Source of the DNA: a virus
DNA: 64,000 nucleotides
Virus record (IMG/VR): IMGVR_UViG_3300029368_000161
Direction: 5' to 3' (one strand)
Shown piece after piece: positions 1 through 9,505 of this stretch (positions are counted from its first letter, which is position 1; every line of letters begins with the position of its first letter). The notes under the pieces were generated by a model. That model was given only the letters and a program-made list of their open reading frames with translations. It did no database searches and was not told the DNA's origin. The translations under genes were made by a program, and so were the position numbers.

Positions 1-982
1 ATTTCCTGAAAAAGCCATCCTTTGTCATGGGACGCTTGTAAGGAAAGACCGGCTTTATTCCATCATCCAAAAGTAGCTTTGCTATTGCAGGAGTTTTATA
101 CCCGGCATCAACGATACAGTATTTCATGCCGATATCTGCAAGCTTATCGTAAAGGCCTTTAAAAGTTCGACTGTCATGCTCATTACCAGGGTTTACTGTA
201 AAATCAATAATCCATCCATTTTTATCGCATGCTGTTTCAATCCCATAAGCAAACACATGCTTGTGCTCGCCTTTCCGAAACCAGCCGCTCTCAGGATCTG
301 TAGTGCTACACTTAATTGTTTTTTCATCTGACGGAACATCATCCGTATAATCTTCAAACTTGTCGTTGCCACCGGAACCAGGTTTGTTGTTATCGTCTTT
401 ATCTTTCAACGGTTTCTTTCCGTGCGCTTCTCTGTCTGCGTTAATGTCCTGACGCAGCATGTCAGCATAAAATAAAGCTTCCTGTTTTGCGATTCGTTTC
501 TGCATCTTTCTGTTGTTCGCCCGCGCTTTCACATGTGTTGCATCAACAAAAATCTCTGTTGAATCAACCAGTTTGAAACGGTAACACTCCTCAAGGATAC
601 GCTGGAAAATCTGCTCGAATAAGTCGGTATCTTTAAAACGACGGGTATAGTTTTTCCCGAAAGTAGAAAAATGAGGGACCGGATCATAAAGTTCAAGTCC
701 AAGGAACCAACGGTAAGCCATGTTTACTTCAATCTCTTTGATTGTCTGCCGCATGCTTTTGATTCCATACAGGTATTGAATAAGCGGTATCTTAATAAGC
801 GTAACCGGATCAATACTTGGTCTACCCATTCCGTCGGAATAAGTATCACGGACGAGATCATAGATGAATGTCCAGTCAATAGCTTTGTCAATAAGTCGTA
901 GAAGATGATTCCGCGGAACAAGATCATCAATACATACCATCTGCATTTGCTTTCTTACTTTTTCTGTTTCTTGTGTCATCAT
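1..982 (-). CDS. IS1182-family transposase (3'-truncated at the window edge; N-terminal part present)
   Basis: Minus-strand ORF starts ATGATG at about 977-982 and runs off the window start. The translation MMTQETEKVRKQMQMVCIDDLVPRNHLLRLIDKAIDWTF...IDPVTLIKIPLIQYLYGIKSMRQTIKEIEVNMAYRWFLGL is typical of the IS1182/IS5-like transposase N-terminus. It is not in the ORF track because it is open at the window edge. Confidence 0.6.
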   Translation of the reverse strand, partial: MMTQETEKVRKQMQMVCIDDLVPRNHLLRLIDKAIDWTFIYDLVRDTYSDGMGRPSIDPVTLIKIPLIQYLYGIKSMRQTIKEIEVNMAYRWFLGLELYDPVPHFSTFGKNYTRRFKDTDLFEQIFQRILEECYRFKLVDSTEIFVDATHVKARANNRKMQKRIAKQEALFYADMLRQDINADREAHGKKPLKDKDDNNKPGSGGNDKFEDYTDDVPSDEKTIKCSTTDPESGWFRKGEHKHVFAYGIETACDKNGWIIDFTVNPGNEHDSRTFKGLYDKLADIGMKYCIVDAGYKTPAIAKLLLDDGIKPVFPYKRPMTKDGFFRK

Positions 983-1200
983 AGAACAATACCGCCTTTT
1001 TTGATACCTTTATTATACCAAAAAGAGACTGAAAAGTCTTGAAAATACTGACTTTTAGCCTCTTTAATACAGAAAAATCCCCGGCAAAAAGCCGAGGACT
1101 TTGTCTACAGTCTGAAAGAGAGTTTTTGAACTCTCTTTTTTTTGAGGCAAGTAAATGGCAAATCTCGGAGTAAGGCTGTTCCCGCTTAGGTCAGAAGTTT

Positions 1201-1258
1201 CATCTCATATTTCCCTATGTAAACAAAAGCAACATTCATCGAAAGGAGAAATGAGAAG
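1201..1258 (+). promoter_or_regulatory. Type-A promoter/leader module (CATATT-N8-TGTAAAC ... CGAAAGGAGAAA RBS)
   Basis: catctcatatttccctatgtaaacaaaagcaacattcatcgaaaggagaaatgagaag ends at the ATG of the 1259 gene. Same motif family as the copies at 1816, 4606, 5128 and others. Confidence 0.5.
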
Positions 1259-1768
1259 ATGGCAGGATATAGCGGGTATTCAATGAGCAACAATGCGGTT
1301 GCAGCGTATGAGAACGGGGAGAAGCCTTTGAGTAAGTGGAAGAAGGCGGATATTCTGGAAGCGGTTAAAACACAGGAAGTTGAACTTAAATGTTCGCCCA
1401 GCAAACTGCAGAAGCTTCCGGCGGTCTTGTTGAAAGAAATTTGCCTGTGCTATTCCTCGTGGCACCACACAAGCAGTCATTACAATGAAACAAAATTTTA
1501 CATGCTGAATGCGGAGTATCTGGAAACTCTTACAGATGCCATGGTTGACGAAATTGCCGCAGAGTACAACAAGACGCATGCAAAAGAAAAACAGTCTGTG
1601 GAAGAAACATGGGAGTGCGCGTTTCTTGAGTGGTCAGGGACAAGGAAACACCCAAAAGCAACCGAAGTTGTTGAACAGGGTATTGTCCGAGGACAATGGT
1701 TTTACCGCAAGGATGGCACCAAAAAGAAGACATCAGCAAATGGATTCCGTTTTATCAAGAGAGTTTAG
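1259..1768 (+). CDS. hypothetical protein (169 aa)
   Basis: ORF with an upstream AAAGGAGAAA RBS and a terminator-like T-run downstream. No recognisable motif. Confidence 0.6.
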   Translation: MAGYSGYSMSNNAVAAYENGEKPLSKWKKADILEAVKTQEVELKCSPSKLQKLPAVLLKEICLCYSSWHHTSSHYNETKFYMLNAEYLETLTDAMVDEIAAEYNKTHAKEKQSVEETWECAFLEWSGTRKHPKATEVVEQGIVRGQWFYRKDGTKKKTSANGFRFIKRV

Positions 1769-1815
1769 GAAAAAAAAGGAAAAGACATGGCTTTGGCTGT
1801 GTCTTTTTTTTTGTG

Positions 1816-1867
1816 TTTCATATTAAAGGATGTAAAGCAAAAACAATCAGCGAAAGGAGAAAACACA
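1816..1867 (+). promoter_or_regulatory. Type-A promoter/leader module upstream of ligA
   Basis: tttcatattaaaggatgtaaagcaaaaacaatcagcgaaaggagaaaacacaATG, preceded by the hairpin/T-run ggctttggctgtgtcttttttttt. Confidence 0.55.
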
Positions 1868-3937
1868 ATGAATGAGACAAAAAAGAAAGAGATGGAGACA
1901 TTAATCGAAGCATTGAATGAGGCATCGTCTGCTTATTACAACGGTGCCACATCTGCGATGTCTGACCGTGAATGGGATGCCATGTTTGACCGGCTTAAGA
2001 AGATGGAAGAAGAAACAGGGATTGTTTATCCGAATTCTCCTACACAGATGGTCGGGGCTCCAGTTAAAGTTGACGAACTGCGGGAAGTCAGACATGAATT
2101 TTCTGCGCGGTCGCTGGATAAGACAAAGGATATTACTGTATTTCCAAAAATCTTCGGGAAAAGAGCTGCAGGCATGGCAGTTGTCATGTGGAAGTTGGAC
2201 GGCAGTACGATCGTCCTTACCTATGACGACGGACAGTTGACGCTTGCTGCCACCCGTGGCAATGGCGAAGTAGGAACGGATATTACACACAATGCCCCGT
2301 ATATTGCCGGTATTCCGCGGAAGATTCCGTACAATGGACATCTGGTAGTCCGCGGGGAAGCAGTCATGTCCTACAAAGAGTTTGAACGGCTCAATAATTC
2401 GCGTCCGGAAGGGGTGGAGGAGTACGCAAATCCGCGTAACCTCGCGAATTCAACAGTATCCATGAAGGATGCGGAGGATATGAGAAAACGTAAGATCCAG
2501 TTCTTTGCGTTTAAGCTTGTCCATATGGATGACCCGTTACCGGAGGATCAGGATACCTTTATGGGCCGCCTGAATTACCTGGATTCCCTTGGTTTTGATA
2601 CGGTGTACCGCCTTTACGGGGACAGCCAGAGTGATCTCATTGATGTCATGAACGGATTTTCTGACGCAGTCGAGCAGTTTGAGTATCCGGTGGATGGACT
2701 TGTTGTTGCATCTGATGATGTCAGGTATGCGGAGACTCTGCCGGGAACCGGGCACAATCCAGACCCGCTCGTTGGTTATGCCTTAAAGTGGGAAGATGAG
2801 ATTGCCAAAACCGTACTCCGGAAGATTGAATGGAGTCTTGGACGCACCGGTGCGATTACTCCGGTAGCAATTTTTGATCCGGTGGAACTTGAAGGCACTA
2901 CGGTCAGCCGTGCGAGCGCACACAACGTCAGTATCATGAAGAAATACCGGCTGCGTGTGGGAGATACAATCGGTGTATACAAGGCAAACAAGATTATTCC
3001 GCAGGTTGCAGTGAACTATACCGCGGATGAGAATCATACGCCGGCTCTTAAATACGAGGAAAGCCATAGCGTGCATTGCCCGTGCTGTGGAATGGAAACA
3101 GAACCGCATATTTCCGATGACGGCACAACGGAAATCGAAGTATGTGTTAATCCGAAATGTCCAGCAAAAGATGTAAAGAAGTTCGCGCATTTCGTTGAGC
3201 GCGACTGTATGAACATCAAAGGACTGTCGGAGGCAACACTGCAGAAATTCCTTGATTCCGGTTTCCTGCATGAGTTCGCAGATCTGTACCATTTGGACAG
3301 ATACAAGGACCAGATCGTTCCGATGGAAGGCTTTGGACAAAAATCATACGACAACCTGATTGCCTCCGTTGAGAAAAGCCGCAGGTCTTCCTTTGTTCCA
3401 TTTATCCATTCCCTCGGTATCCCTAATATCGGAAAAGGACAGGCAAAACTGTTTGACAAGGAATATAATGGAGATGTTGAGAAGTTTTTCGTTGATGTGT
3501 ACCAGAGACATGACTTTACCCACATCGAAGGTATTGGAGATGTCTTAAACGATAACCTCTGGAAATGGGGGAATGAATACTTAAGATGTATTCCATTTGA
3601 GGATAGTTTGAATAAGGTGTCACCGCCTCTTAATCTGGAAGTTTACAACCTGCTCAAAGAAGTGGATATCCAGATCCCGGAGAAAGCATCAACGGGTGCA
3701 TCTTCCCTTGCCGGGAAAACATTTGTAATTACCGGCAAGTTAAAGCATTTTACAAACCGGGATGCACTGGTGGCAAAGATTGAAGAACTTGGAGGAAAAG
3801 CTTCCGGTTCGGTATCAAAGAATACCTCATATCTGATCAACAACGATGTTGAGAGCACATCCGGAAAGAACAAGAAGGCAAAGGAACTCGGAGTGCCGGT
3901 TATTTCGGAAGACGGGTTTCTGGAGATGATTAAATAA
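1868..3937 (+). CDS. ligA: NAD-dependent DNA ligase LigA
   Basis: Adenylation motif WKLDGSTIVLTYDDGQ (K-x-D-G). About 690 aa. Contains a Cys4 zinc motif (CPCCG...CVNPKCP). C-terminal BRCT-like segment GKTFVITGKL...TSYLINND. The ATG at 1868 has a GAAAGGAGAAAA RBS, whereas the track ORF starts upstream at 1787. Confidence 0.9.
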   Translation: MNETKKKEMETLIEALNEASSAYYNGATSAMSDREWDAMFDRLKKMEEETGIVYPNSPTQMVGAPVKVDELREVRHEFSARSLDKTKDITVFPKIFGKRAAGMAVVMWKLDGSTIVLTYDDGQLTLAATRGNGEVGTDITHNAPYIAGIPRKIPYNGHLVVRGEAVMSYKEFERLNNSRPEGVEEYANPRNLANSTVSMKDAEDMRKRKIQFFAFKLVHMDDPLPEDQDTFMGRLNYLDSLGFDTVYRLYGDSQSDLIDVMNGFSDAVEQFEYPVDGLVVASDDVRYAETLPGTGHNPDPLVGYALKWEDEIAKTVLRKIEWSLGRTGAITPVAIFDPVELEGTTVSRASAHNVSIMKKYRLRVGDTIGVYKANKIIPQVAVNYTADENHTPALKYEESHSVHCPCCGMETEPHISDDGTTEIEVCVNPKCPAKDVKKFAHFVERDCMNIKGLSEATLQKFLDSGFLHEFADLYHLDRYKDQIVPMEGFGQKSYDNLIASVEKSRRSSFVPFIHSLGIPNIGKGQAKLFDKEYNGDVEKFFVDVYQRHDFTHIEGIGDVLNDNLWKWGNEYLRCIPFEDSLNKVSPPLNLEVYNLLKEVDIQIPEKASTGASSLAGKTFVITGKLKHFTNRDALVAKIEELGGKASGSVSKNTSYLINNDVESTSGKNKKAKELGVPVISEDGFLEMIK

Positions 3938-3946
3938 GGAGGACAT

Positions 3947-4537
3947 ATGTCACATATGAAAGGAATCCATGTTTCCTTCGATATTGTGGACGAGTTTATT
4001 CCACGGGTGCCGCGTCAGCGGTGTCCGGGAGAAGATGAGACAGTTCCGCGGATCTGTGTTGCGGAAGACATCCTGAATGCTGTTAATGCGGTCCCACAGG
4101 CAGGGCTTGTTATGGAGAATATGAAAAATCTCGGTTTTCCTGTCATAATCCATGCTTATTACCTTACAGGAGAGGGCATGGGAAAAGAGGAAGTGCAGAA
4201 CTACGTTCCGGATGCAAAGCTGACAGGGGAGTTCTGGCTGACAGAAAAACCCAGGGAAGTACGGCGTGTGGACTACGAGATTGTGGATTTTACAACGGAA
4301 ACGGTTAAGGATCCGTTTGGACACGATCTTACGGCTGTTGTGATTATTTCTTTCAATAAATGTGAATATCAGGACAATGTGGAAAATTTCCTGCATTCCA
4401 TGAACGGATGTGGGGACGTATCCAAAGAGCGCATGGAAAGAGCACGGAAAATTTTCAAGGAATATTCGTTCCGTACCGTAATATCGAATATCGGAGATTT
4501 AATTACGAAAAACGGAGATGCAATTACGAAAAAATAA
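3947..4537 (+). CDS. hypothetical protein (196 aa)
   Basis: RBS TAAGGAGGACAT-ATG. A terminator follows at about 4545-4572 (gaacctgcgggttcttcttttttt). Confidence 0.6.
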   Translation: MSHMKGIHVSFDIVDEFIPRVPRQRCPGEDETVPRICVAEDILNAVNAVPQAGLVMENMKNLGFPVIIHAYYLTGEGMGKEEVQNYVPDAKLTGEFWLTEKPREVRRVDYEIVDFTTETVKDPFGHDLTAVVIISFNKCEYQDNVENFLHSMNGCGDVSKERMERARKIFKEYSFRTVISNIGDLITKNGDAITKK

Positions 4538-4605
4538 GAGAAAAGAGGAACCTGCGGGTTCTTCTTTTTTTCTTTCCATCTTAAGCGGTTAGTGCGGAAA
4601 TTTTG

Positions 4606-4658
4606 TTTCATATTGGTAGTGTAAACGAAACTATTTCAACAACGAAAGGAGAAAACTT
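4606..4658 (+). promoter_or_regulatory. Type-A promoter/leader module
   Basis: tttcatattggtagtgtaaacgaaactatttcaacaacgaaaggagaaaacttATG. It is part of an 84-bp direct repeat with 5745-5838. Confidence 0.55.
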
Positions 4659-5087
4659 ATGTTAATTTACGGAGTATGTGTTTCAGACATTAAACATTAC
4701 AATACGGAGAAGGCAGAGAAATTCTTGAATAGTCTCTTGGATACTGCTTGCCGCGGCATCGCCGACAATTACTTTGAAAACAAAGCGGATGGAAATAATC
4801 TTTACGACTGGCTTGATGGATACGATTCTTGCGATGGCTATTCAGGTCCAGCGGCTTGTTTCAAAGAAATCATCCGGGAATTGGAAGGAATCGATGTGGA
4901 CTGCGACGATCCAAACGGCGATCAGTTCCTTGGTATTTCCGCTGATGCACCATGGCATTTCAATGAGAAAACAAGGAATTTGTCAAAAGAAGAGTTCCAT
5001 GAGATCTTATCGCGGTATGTTTCTTATTTTACTGATGATGAGTTGGGGATCCGTTGGTGGCGTGCCAACGATGACTGCGAATATTAA
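4659..5087 (+). CDS. hypothetical acidic protein (142 aa)
   Basis: ORF with a type-A leader upstream and a terminator at 5095-5125 (agagttttcgggctcttctttttttt). Confidence 0.6.
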   Translation: MLIYGVCVSDIKHYNTEKAEKFLNSLLDTACRGIADNYFENKADGNNLYDWLDGYDSCDGYSGPAACFKEIIRELEGIDVDCDDPNGDQFLGISADAPWHFNEKTRNLSKEEFHEILSRYVSYFTDDELGIRWWRANDDCEY

Positions 5088-5127
5088 GAAAGGAAGAAGA
5101 AGAGTTTTCGGGCTCTTCTTTTTTTTA

Positions 5128-5176
5128 TTTCATATTAAATGTGTAAACAAAATGTTTCAACGAAAGGAGAAAAATT
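5128..5176 (+). promoter_or_regulatory. Type-A promoter/leader module
   Basis: tttcatattaaatgtgtaaacaaaatgtttcaacgaaaggagaaaaattATG. Confidence 0.55.
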
Positions 5177-5698
5177 ATGAGAAAAGAAAGATATGAGCAG
5201 GAGATGCAGGAAAAACACAACGCTTCTGTGCTTCAGACAATTAAGGAACTGGATCAGAAGATATGGAAAAAATATCATCCGGATTACAATGGAGAAAACG
5301 AACCGTCTTTACAGTTGGCTCCAATATGGTTGAAAACGGATGTAATTTCTGTTCTTATGGATTTCCCGGGAAGCGAAGGGGATATCTTGTCCATGATCCA
5401 AAAATCGGCATATGCTGATGAAATTTTCAAGAAGTATCTTGCTATGGAAGAGGTCAGAAGACAGATTGCTGTCAGAAACGATTTTAAGGCGGCCTTTAAT
5501 TCAGTCAAACATGGATGGGAGCTTTCCAGTGATCTTGATTACTCCATGTCGAAAAAAGACTTGTCCAATCTTGCAAAACTGCATAAAGCTGGAAAATGCA
5601 GAAGAAAAATAGAGGAACTGCTCACAGACTGTAATTTCCATTCGGCGTGTGGAGCGTTTTGCAAGCACGACTACGATGAGTTTTTATCAGAAAATTAA
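5177..5698 (+). CDS. hypothetical protein (173 aa)
   Basis: ORF followed by a terminator at 5712-5745 (aaacttgcaacctgcgggtttctcttttttttt). Confidence 0.6.
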   Translation: MRKERYEQEMQEKHNASVLQTIKELDQKIWKKYHPDYNGENEPSLQLAPIWLKTDVISVLMDFPGSEGDILSMIQKSAYADEIFKKYLAMEEVRRQIAVRNDFKAAFNSVKHGWELSSDLDYSMSKKDLSNLAKLHKAGKCRRKIEELLTDCNFHSACGAFCKHDYDEFLSEN

Positions 5699-5781
5699 TA
5701 AGAAAAGAGAGAAACTTGCAACCTGCGGGTTTCTCTTTTTTTTTTGCCTTCCCATCTTAAGCGGTTAGTGCGGAAATTTTG

Positions 5782-5838
5782 TTTCATATTGGTAGTGTAA
5801 ACGAAACTATTTCAAAAGCGAAAGGAGAAAAAAGACTA
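5782..5838 (+). promoter_or_regulatory. Type-A promoter/leader module (duplicate of the 4606 copy)
   Basis: Near-identical to 4575-4658 (cttaagcggttagtgcggaaattttgtttcatattggtagtgtaaacgaaactatttcaa...cgaaaggagaaaa). It leads only to a 14-codon ORF and then an AT-rich cassette. Confidence 0.5.
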
Positions 5839-5941
5839 TGCGAAAAAAGAAAATAAAAATCATCGAAAAACCTCCTCGGTCTTGAAATTTTTGTATAAGT
5901 AAGAAAACAAGAGTTTCAATAGAAAATTGGAGGAAAATATT

Positions 5942-6259
5942 ATGGTACAAACAATTAAAATACCAAGCAAAGAAATGGAATTAATTAATGATTTGCTAAA
6001 CCTCACAGGAGATGAGATTTATCAGAAATATGGATATAAGCGAGACGAAACAATTACACATACTGCCAAATTCCCAAATGGAATTGAAGCAGATATTAAG
6101 TTAGTAATTTGTGAAGAAGAAGCTCCATATACAGAAGGTATATTATTCCATAATGGATTTGAACTAACATGCACAGAACCAGATTGTACATATGACGGTG
6201 AATGGAACTTCGAACATAATGGAATTGAATACACTGTTCTCGTGGAAGTGGAAAATTGA
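5942..6259 (+). CDS. hypothetical protein (about 105 aa) in an AT-rich inserted cassette
   Basis: GGAGGAAAATATT-ATG start. The local base composition is markedly AT-rich by eye compared with the flanks. Confidence 0.5.
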   Translation: MVQTIKIPSKEMELINDLLNLTGDEIYQKYGYKRDETITHTAKFPNGIEADIKLVICEEEAPYTEGILFHNGFELTCTEPDCTYDGEWNFEHNGIEYTVLVEVEN

Positions 6260-6303
6260 AGAAACGATGGCTTAACAGATTAAGATTTAAAAGAGGGGAA
6301 CAA

Positions 6304-6552
6304 ATGCAAATAAATGTTAAATATAATGTTGGAGAAAAAATAAAAAGACCACGTAATTGTTTTGCCACTACATCTCATTCTGGTTCAAGCGCAGAACAAA
6401 TTCTCAGAGTTGAAAGAATAATTATTGAAAGAGGAAATTTTTTCAACGGTTGGAAAACAAAATTCTACTATGAGTGCCAAGATGAGCAGAATGGTAATTT
6501 TGTCACATTGGATGATGAAGAAATAGATAAATGTAGTAGTATGAAACGATGA
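6304..6552 (+). CDS. hypothetical protein (about 82 aa) in an AT-rich cassette
   Basis: AAAAGAGGGGAACAA-ATG start (the track ORF starts at 6256). AT-rich. Confidence 0.45.
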   Translation: MQINVKYNVGEKIKRPRNCFATTSHSGSSAEQILRVERIIIERGNFFNGWKTKFYYECQDEQNGNFVTLDDEEIDKCSSMKR

Positions 6553-6609
6553 TTTTATTAAGAAAATAAACAGGATAAAGGCACGGCTCCGGCTGTGTCT
6601 TTTTTTGTA

Positions 6610-6660
6610 TTTCATATTAAAAATGTAGAGATTTTTTTTGCGAAAGGAGAAAGAGAAAAT
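6610..6660 (+). promoter_or_regulatory. Type-A promoter/leader module upstream of the CCA-adding enzyme gene
   Basis: tttcatattaaaaatgtagagattttttttgcgaaaggagaaagagaaaatATG. Confidence 0.55.
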
Positions 6661-8043
6661 ATGAAAAAAGAAGAATTAATACCGGATGTCCGCTCACGGG
6701 AAGATATTAACCGGCTATATCAGGTGTTTACCGCATCAGGATATCAGCTGTATCCCGTTGGGGGCTGTGTGAGGGATGCTGTAGCCGGAACAGCGCCACA
6801 CGACTACGATATGTGTACAAATGCTGTTCCGGCGCGGGTCATTCAGATTTTGCAGGACGGGCAGATTCCGTTCCATGCACCGGGGATCGACTTTGGTACG
6901 GTCATTGCAGATGTAAGAGGGAATTCCTACGAAATTACGAGCTTCCGGTCAGAAAGAGAATATACCGATGGCCGGCATCCGGGTAAGATCGTATTTGAGA
7001 AGGAGATAAATAAGGATCTTTCCAGAAGAGACTTTACGATCAATGCGATGGCTTACGATCTGCAGTCCGAAACGGTCATTGACCCATTCAACGGCATCAG
7101 CGACCTACAGAACGGCATCATTAAATGTGTTGGAGACCCTTTCGAGCGCTTTCAGGAGGACGGGCTTCGGATTGTCCGGGCACTTCGATTTGCAATCCGC
7201 TATGGGGCAGATTTTGATGGGAAAACGGCGGGAGCAATCCATGAGAACCTTGGAATGCTGCAGAACGTTTCAAAAGAACGTATCCTTATGGAATTTAGGA
7301 AAATCCTGAGTATGGATAAACCGGTTTCCAGAGTTTTTGTGGAATATGCAGATGTAATTACCTGCCTTATTCCGGAATTAAAGTCGTGCGTACATTTCAA
7401 TCAGAACAACAGATACCATAAGCATGATGTGTACGAGCATCTGCTCGCTGTAACAGATTTGTGCCAGACCACAAAATTTGAGATTAAGATGGCAGCACTG
7501 CTTCACGATATTGGAAAGCCGGACAGCTACATGGAAGATGAGAACGGACATGGTCATTTTTACGGGCATCCGGCAGTATCCGCGGAGATTGCAAAGGGAG
7601 TTCTGAAAACGGATTTTAAGGGGTTGAAGACGGAAGAATATGACCGTATCGTTGCGCTTGTGAAAACGCACGACAAATCAATTTCGTCGTCAAGAAAATC
7701 CGTAAAAAGATTCATCGCTGCTCATGGAGCGGATTTCCTCGATGACTGGGCTGTTTTAAAGAAAGCAGATTTCGATGACCACATTTTCCCGTCAGAACCG
7801 CCAAAAAACTGGTTTACGGATATTCCAGATGTCCTGAAAATCCGTGATGAACTTGTGGCAGAGGAAGAGTGCTTTTCCCTGAAAGATCTGGCAGTTAATG
7901 GGAAAGATCTGATGAAAGAACTTGGCCTAAAACCGGGAAAGAAGATTGGTGCTATCCTGCAGCAGATGCTTGAAGCGGTCATTAACGAAACGGTAACAAA
8001 CAATCGGGATGAACTTCTTTCCCTCGCACAGAAACTTATTTAA
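6661..8043 (+). CDS. cca: CCA-adding tRNA nucleotidyltransferase with HD domain
   Basis: GGCVRD motif (LYPVGGCVRDAVAG...DYDM) of the poly(A) polymerase/CCA family. RDFTINAMAYD motif. HD-domain motifs HKHDVYEHLLAV and LLHDIGKP. About 460 aa. Confidence 0.85.
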   Translation: MKKEELIPDVRSREDINRLYQVFTASGYQLYPVGGCVRDAVAGTAPHDYDMCTNAVPARVIQILQDGQIPFHAPGIDFGTVIADVRGNSYEITSFRSEREYTDGRHPGKIVFEKEINKDLSRRDFTINAMAYDLQSETVIDPFNGISDLQNGIIKCVGDPFERFQEDGLRIVRALRFAIRYGADFDGKTAGAIHENLGMLQNVSKERILMEFRKILSMDKPVSRVFVEYADVITCLIPELKSCVHFNQNNRYHKHDVYEHLLAVTDLCQTTKFEIKMAALLHDIGKPDSYMEDENGHGHFYGHPAVSAEIAKGVLKTDFKGLKTEEYDRIVALVKTHDKSISSSRKSVKRFIAAHGADFLDDWAVLKKADFDDHIFPSEPPKNWFTDIPDVLKIRDELVAEEECFSLKDLAVNGKDLMKELGLKPGKKIGAILQQMLEAVINETVTNNRDELLSLAQKLI

Positions 8044-8045
8044 CA

Positions 8046-8084
8046 CAAAAAAAGAAAGCCTGTATCCCAGACTTTCTTTTTCTT
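8046..8084. terminator. bidirectional Rho-independent terminator
   Basis: aaaaaagaaagcctgtatcccagactttctttttc is a hairpin flanked by A-run and T-run, between the convergent cca gene and the 8088 minus-strand gene. Confidence 0.6.
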
Positions 8085-8087
8085 TCC

Positions 8088-8300
8088 TTACTTCGCCTCG
8101 ATAATGAGTACGTTGTCTGATATCGTAATGTATCCGACATGCATGTCGAGGATTTCGTCGACCGGCTTTCCGTAGCCGTCTTTTAAAGTGCTGAATAGCA
8201 CGGGTGCTTCGCGCCACTGTTTCCTATCGCGGCAGTTGTAAATTGCGTAATTGCAATTTGCATCGAAACTATCCGAATAAATAAGATCTCCAACCAACAT
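8088..8300 (-). CDS. hypothetical protein (70 aa)
   Basis: Minus-strand ORF with RBS GGAGGAAAACAT-ATG (reverse complement of 8301-8318). Last gene of a 3-gene minus-strand operon. Confidence 0.5.
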   Translation of the reverse strand: MLVGDLIYSDSFDANCNYAIYNCRDRKQWREAPVLFSTLKDGYGKPVDEILDMHVGYITISDNVLIIEAK

Positions 8301-8318
8301 ATGTTTTCCTCCTTGTGT

Positions 8319-8531
8319 TCAATCGCATGACGCCCATGCGACAGCTTCTTCGGCGGTATCGAACCAATCCGGCGTTTCAACTCCATCTTTTTCCAGATGG
8401 AATCCATACAGAATTTCTGTATTTGGATGTTCGCGGAGACATTCCTCAACTTCTGTATAAATATCTCCATATATTCCGTCGCCACTATCGTTTGCACAGA
8501 CTACTGACAATTTGTATCCATTGATTAACAT
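8319..8531 (-). CDS. hypothetical acidic protein (70 aa)
   Basis: Minus-strand ORF with RBS GGAGGAAAAACGT-ATG. Confidence 0.5.
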   Translation of the reverse strand: MLINGYKLSVVCANDSGDGIYGDIYTEVEECLREHPNTEILYGFHLEKDGVETPDWFDTAEEAVAWASCD

Positions 8532-8543
8532 ACGTTTTTCCTC

Positions 8544-9047
8544 CTACCCGTAGTATTCCTGTTTGAGAAAATCTGGTTCTCCTTCAATTCCAAGCGAGTC
8601 CATGCATTCTTTACAAATGGATTTAAGTTTTTCTTGCGTTAAACTTTTTTCCTCTTCGTTGTAGTTCCATGGGTAATCTTCTTGGAAAATGACAGCTGGA
8701 TAAGTGTCACAATCTGGATCAGCTCCGTAATAGGAAAAACGGATGCCTGTTACACGAGTCATTACATTGCTGATGACAGCGCCTGCGCCCTGTGATCCGG
8801 AAGTTTGGCAGCTGTAGGAATCGAAAGTTTTTTCAATGATGTCTTCTAGTTCAGATTCATCCATTTTTTTTGGTTTCCCATTTTCATCTTTTACATTGAG
8901 ACGTTCTGAAAACAGGTTGAAAAGTTCAACCTCTTCATTACTCATGCAAAAATGAAAAAGGTTATTTTCGAGAAATTCTTTGAATTTTTTTGGCTTACAA
9001 TCGCAGTTAAATCCAATGCCGCAGTAAATGATTGAGTTCATATTCAT
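8544..9047 (-). CDS. hypothetical protein (167 aa)
   Basis: Minus-strand ORF. RBS AAAGGAGATACAAAAT-ATG. A type-A motif lies upstream on the minus strand. Confidence 0.55.
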   Translation of the reverse strand: MNMNSIIYCGIGFNCDCKPKKFKEFLENNLFHFCMSNEEVELFNLFSERLNVKDENGKPKKMDESELEDIIEKTFDSYSCQTSGSQGAGAVISNVMTRVTGIRFSYYGADPDCDTYPAVIFQEDYPWNYNEEEKSLTQEKLKSICKECMDSLGIEGEPDFLKQEYYG

Positions 9048-9049
9048 AT

Positions 9050-9108
9050 TTTGTATCTCCTTTCGATAGTAAAAAAATTGTTTTACAACTTTAATATGAA
9101 ATAAAAAA
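9050..9108 (-). promoter_or_regulatory. Type-A promoter/leader module on the minus strand (drives 9047->8088 operon)
   Basis: Reverse complement reads tttcatattaaagttgtaaaacaatttttttactatcgaaaggagatacaaaatATG. It is arranged back-to-back with the plus-strand copy at 9134. Confidence 0.5.
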
Positions 9109-9133
9109 GTTTTCTTCTGTGGTTGGATTTTTC

Positions 9134-9184
9134 ATTTCATATTGTTGGCGTAAACAAAAAACCTGTGCGAAAGGAGAAAATGAG
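9134..9184 (+). promoter_or_regulatory. Type-A promoter/leader module
   Basis: tttcatttcatattgttggcgtaaacaaaaaacctgtgcgaaaggagaaaatgag. Confidence 0.5.
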
Positions 9185-9493
9185 ATGGAAAAGAAAGAGA
9201 TTGGAACGATGAGAGAGAAAGAATTCAAAGATGCCCTGCAGGAATCCAGAGAATATCTCTCAGACTATATTTGCGTTAGCAAAGATGTAATCAGGGCAAT
9301 CCAGCGGCATGCAAAGCGCTATGGCATCATGCCTGGAATCTGTGCATGGTATCTCGACTGGGAAGATTTTTGTTCTGACTGGTGTGATCAGTGTGGATAT
9401 ACGCGAACGCAGGCAAGAAAACTGTTGCATGGAGGAATCGGGGAATTTCAGGTTTTGCCAAATGGAAACGGAATCATCCGGTATACATTGTAA
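9185..9493 (+). CDS. hypothetical protein (about 102 aa)
   Basis: In-frame ATG after the GAAAGGAGAAAA RBS (the track ORF starts at 9119). Confidence 0.5.
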   Translation: MEKKEIGTMREKEFKDALQESREYLSDYICVSKDVIRAIQRHAKRYGIMPGICAWYLDWEDFCSDWCDQCGYTRTQARKLLHGGIGEFQVLPNGNGIIRYTL

Positions 9494-9505
9494 GAGGAGA
9501 AAACT

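Noticed and set aside
1901-3525. Antisense ORFs inside ligA (1901..2341-, 2783..3340-, 3034..3525- and others) and similar antisense or overlapping ORFs throughout (for example within cas8c, flotillin, the tRNA region 34505-36193, dcm)
   Set aside because: They fall within strongly supported genes on the opposite strand or across tRNA genes and lack RBSs. They are spurious six-frame artefacts.
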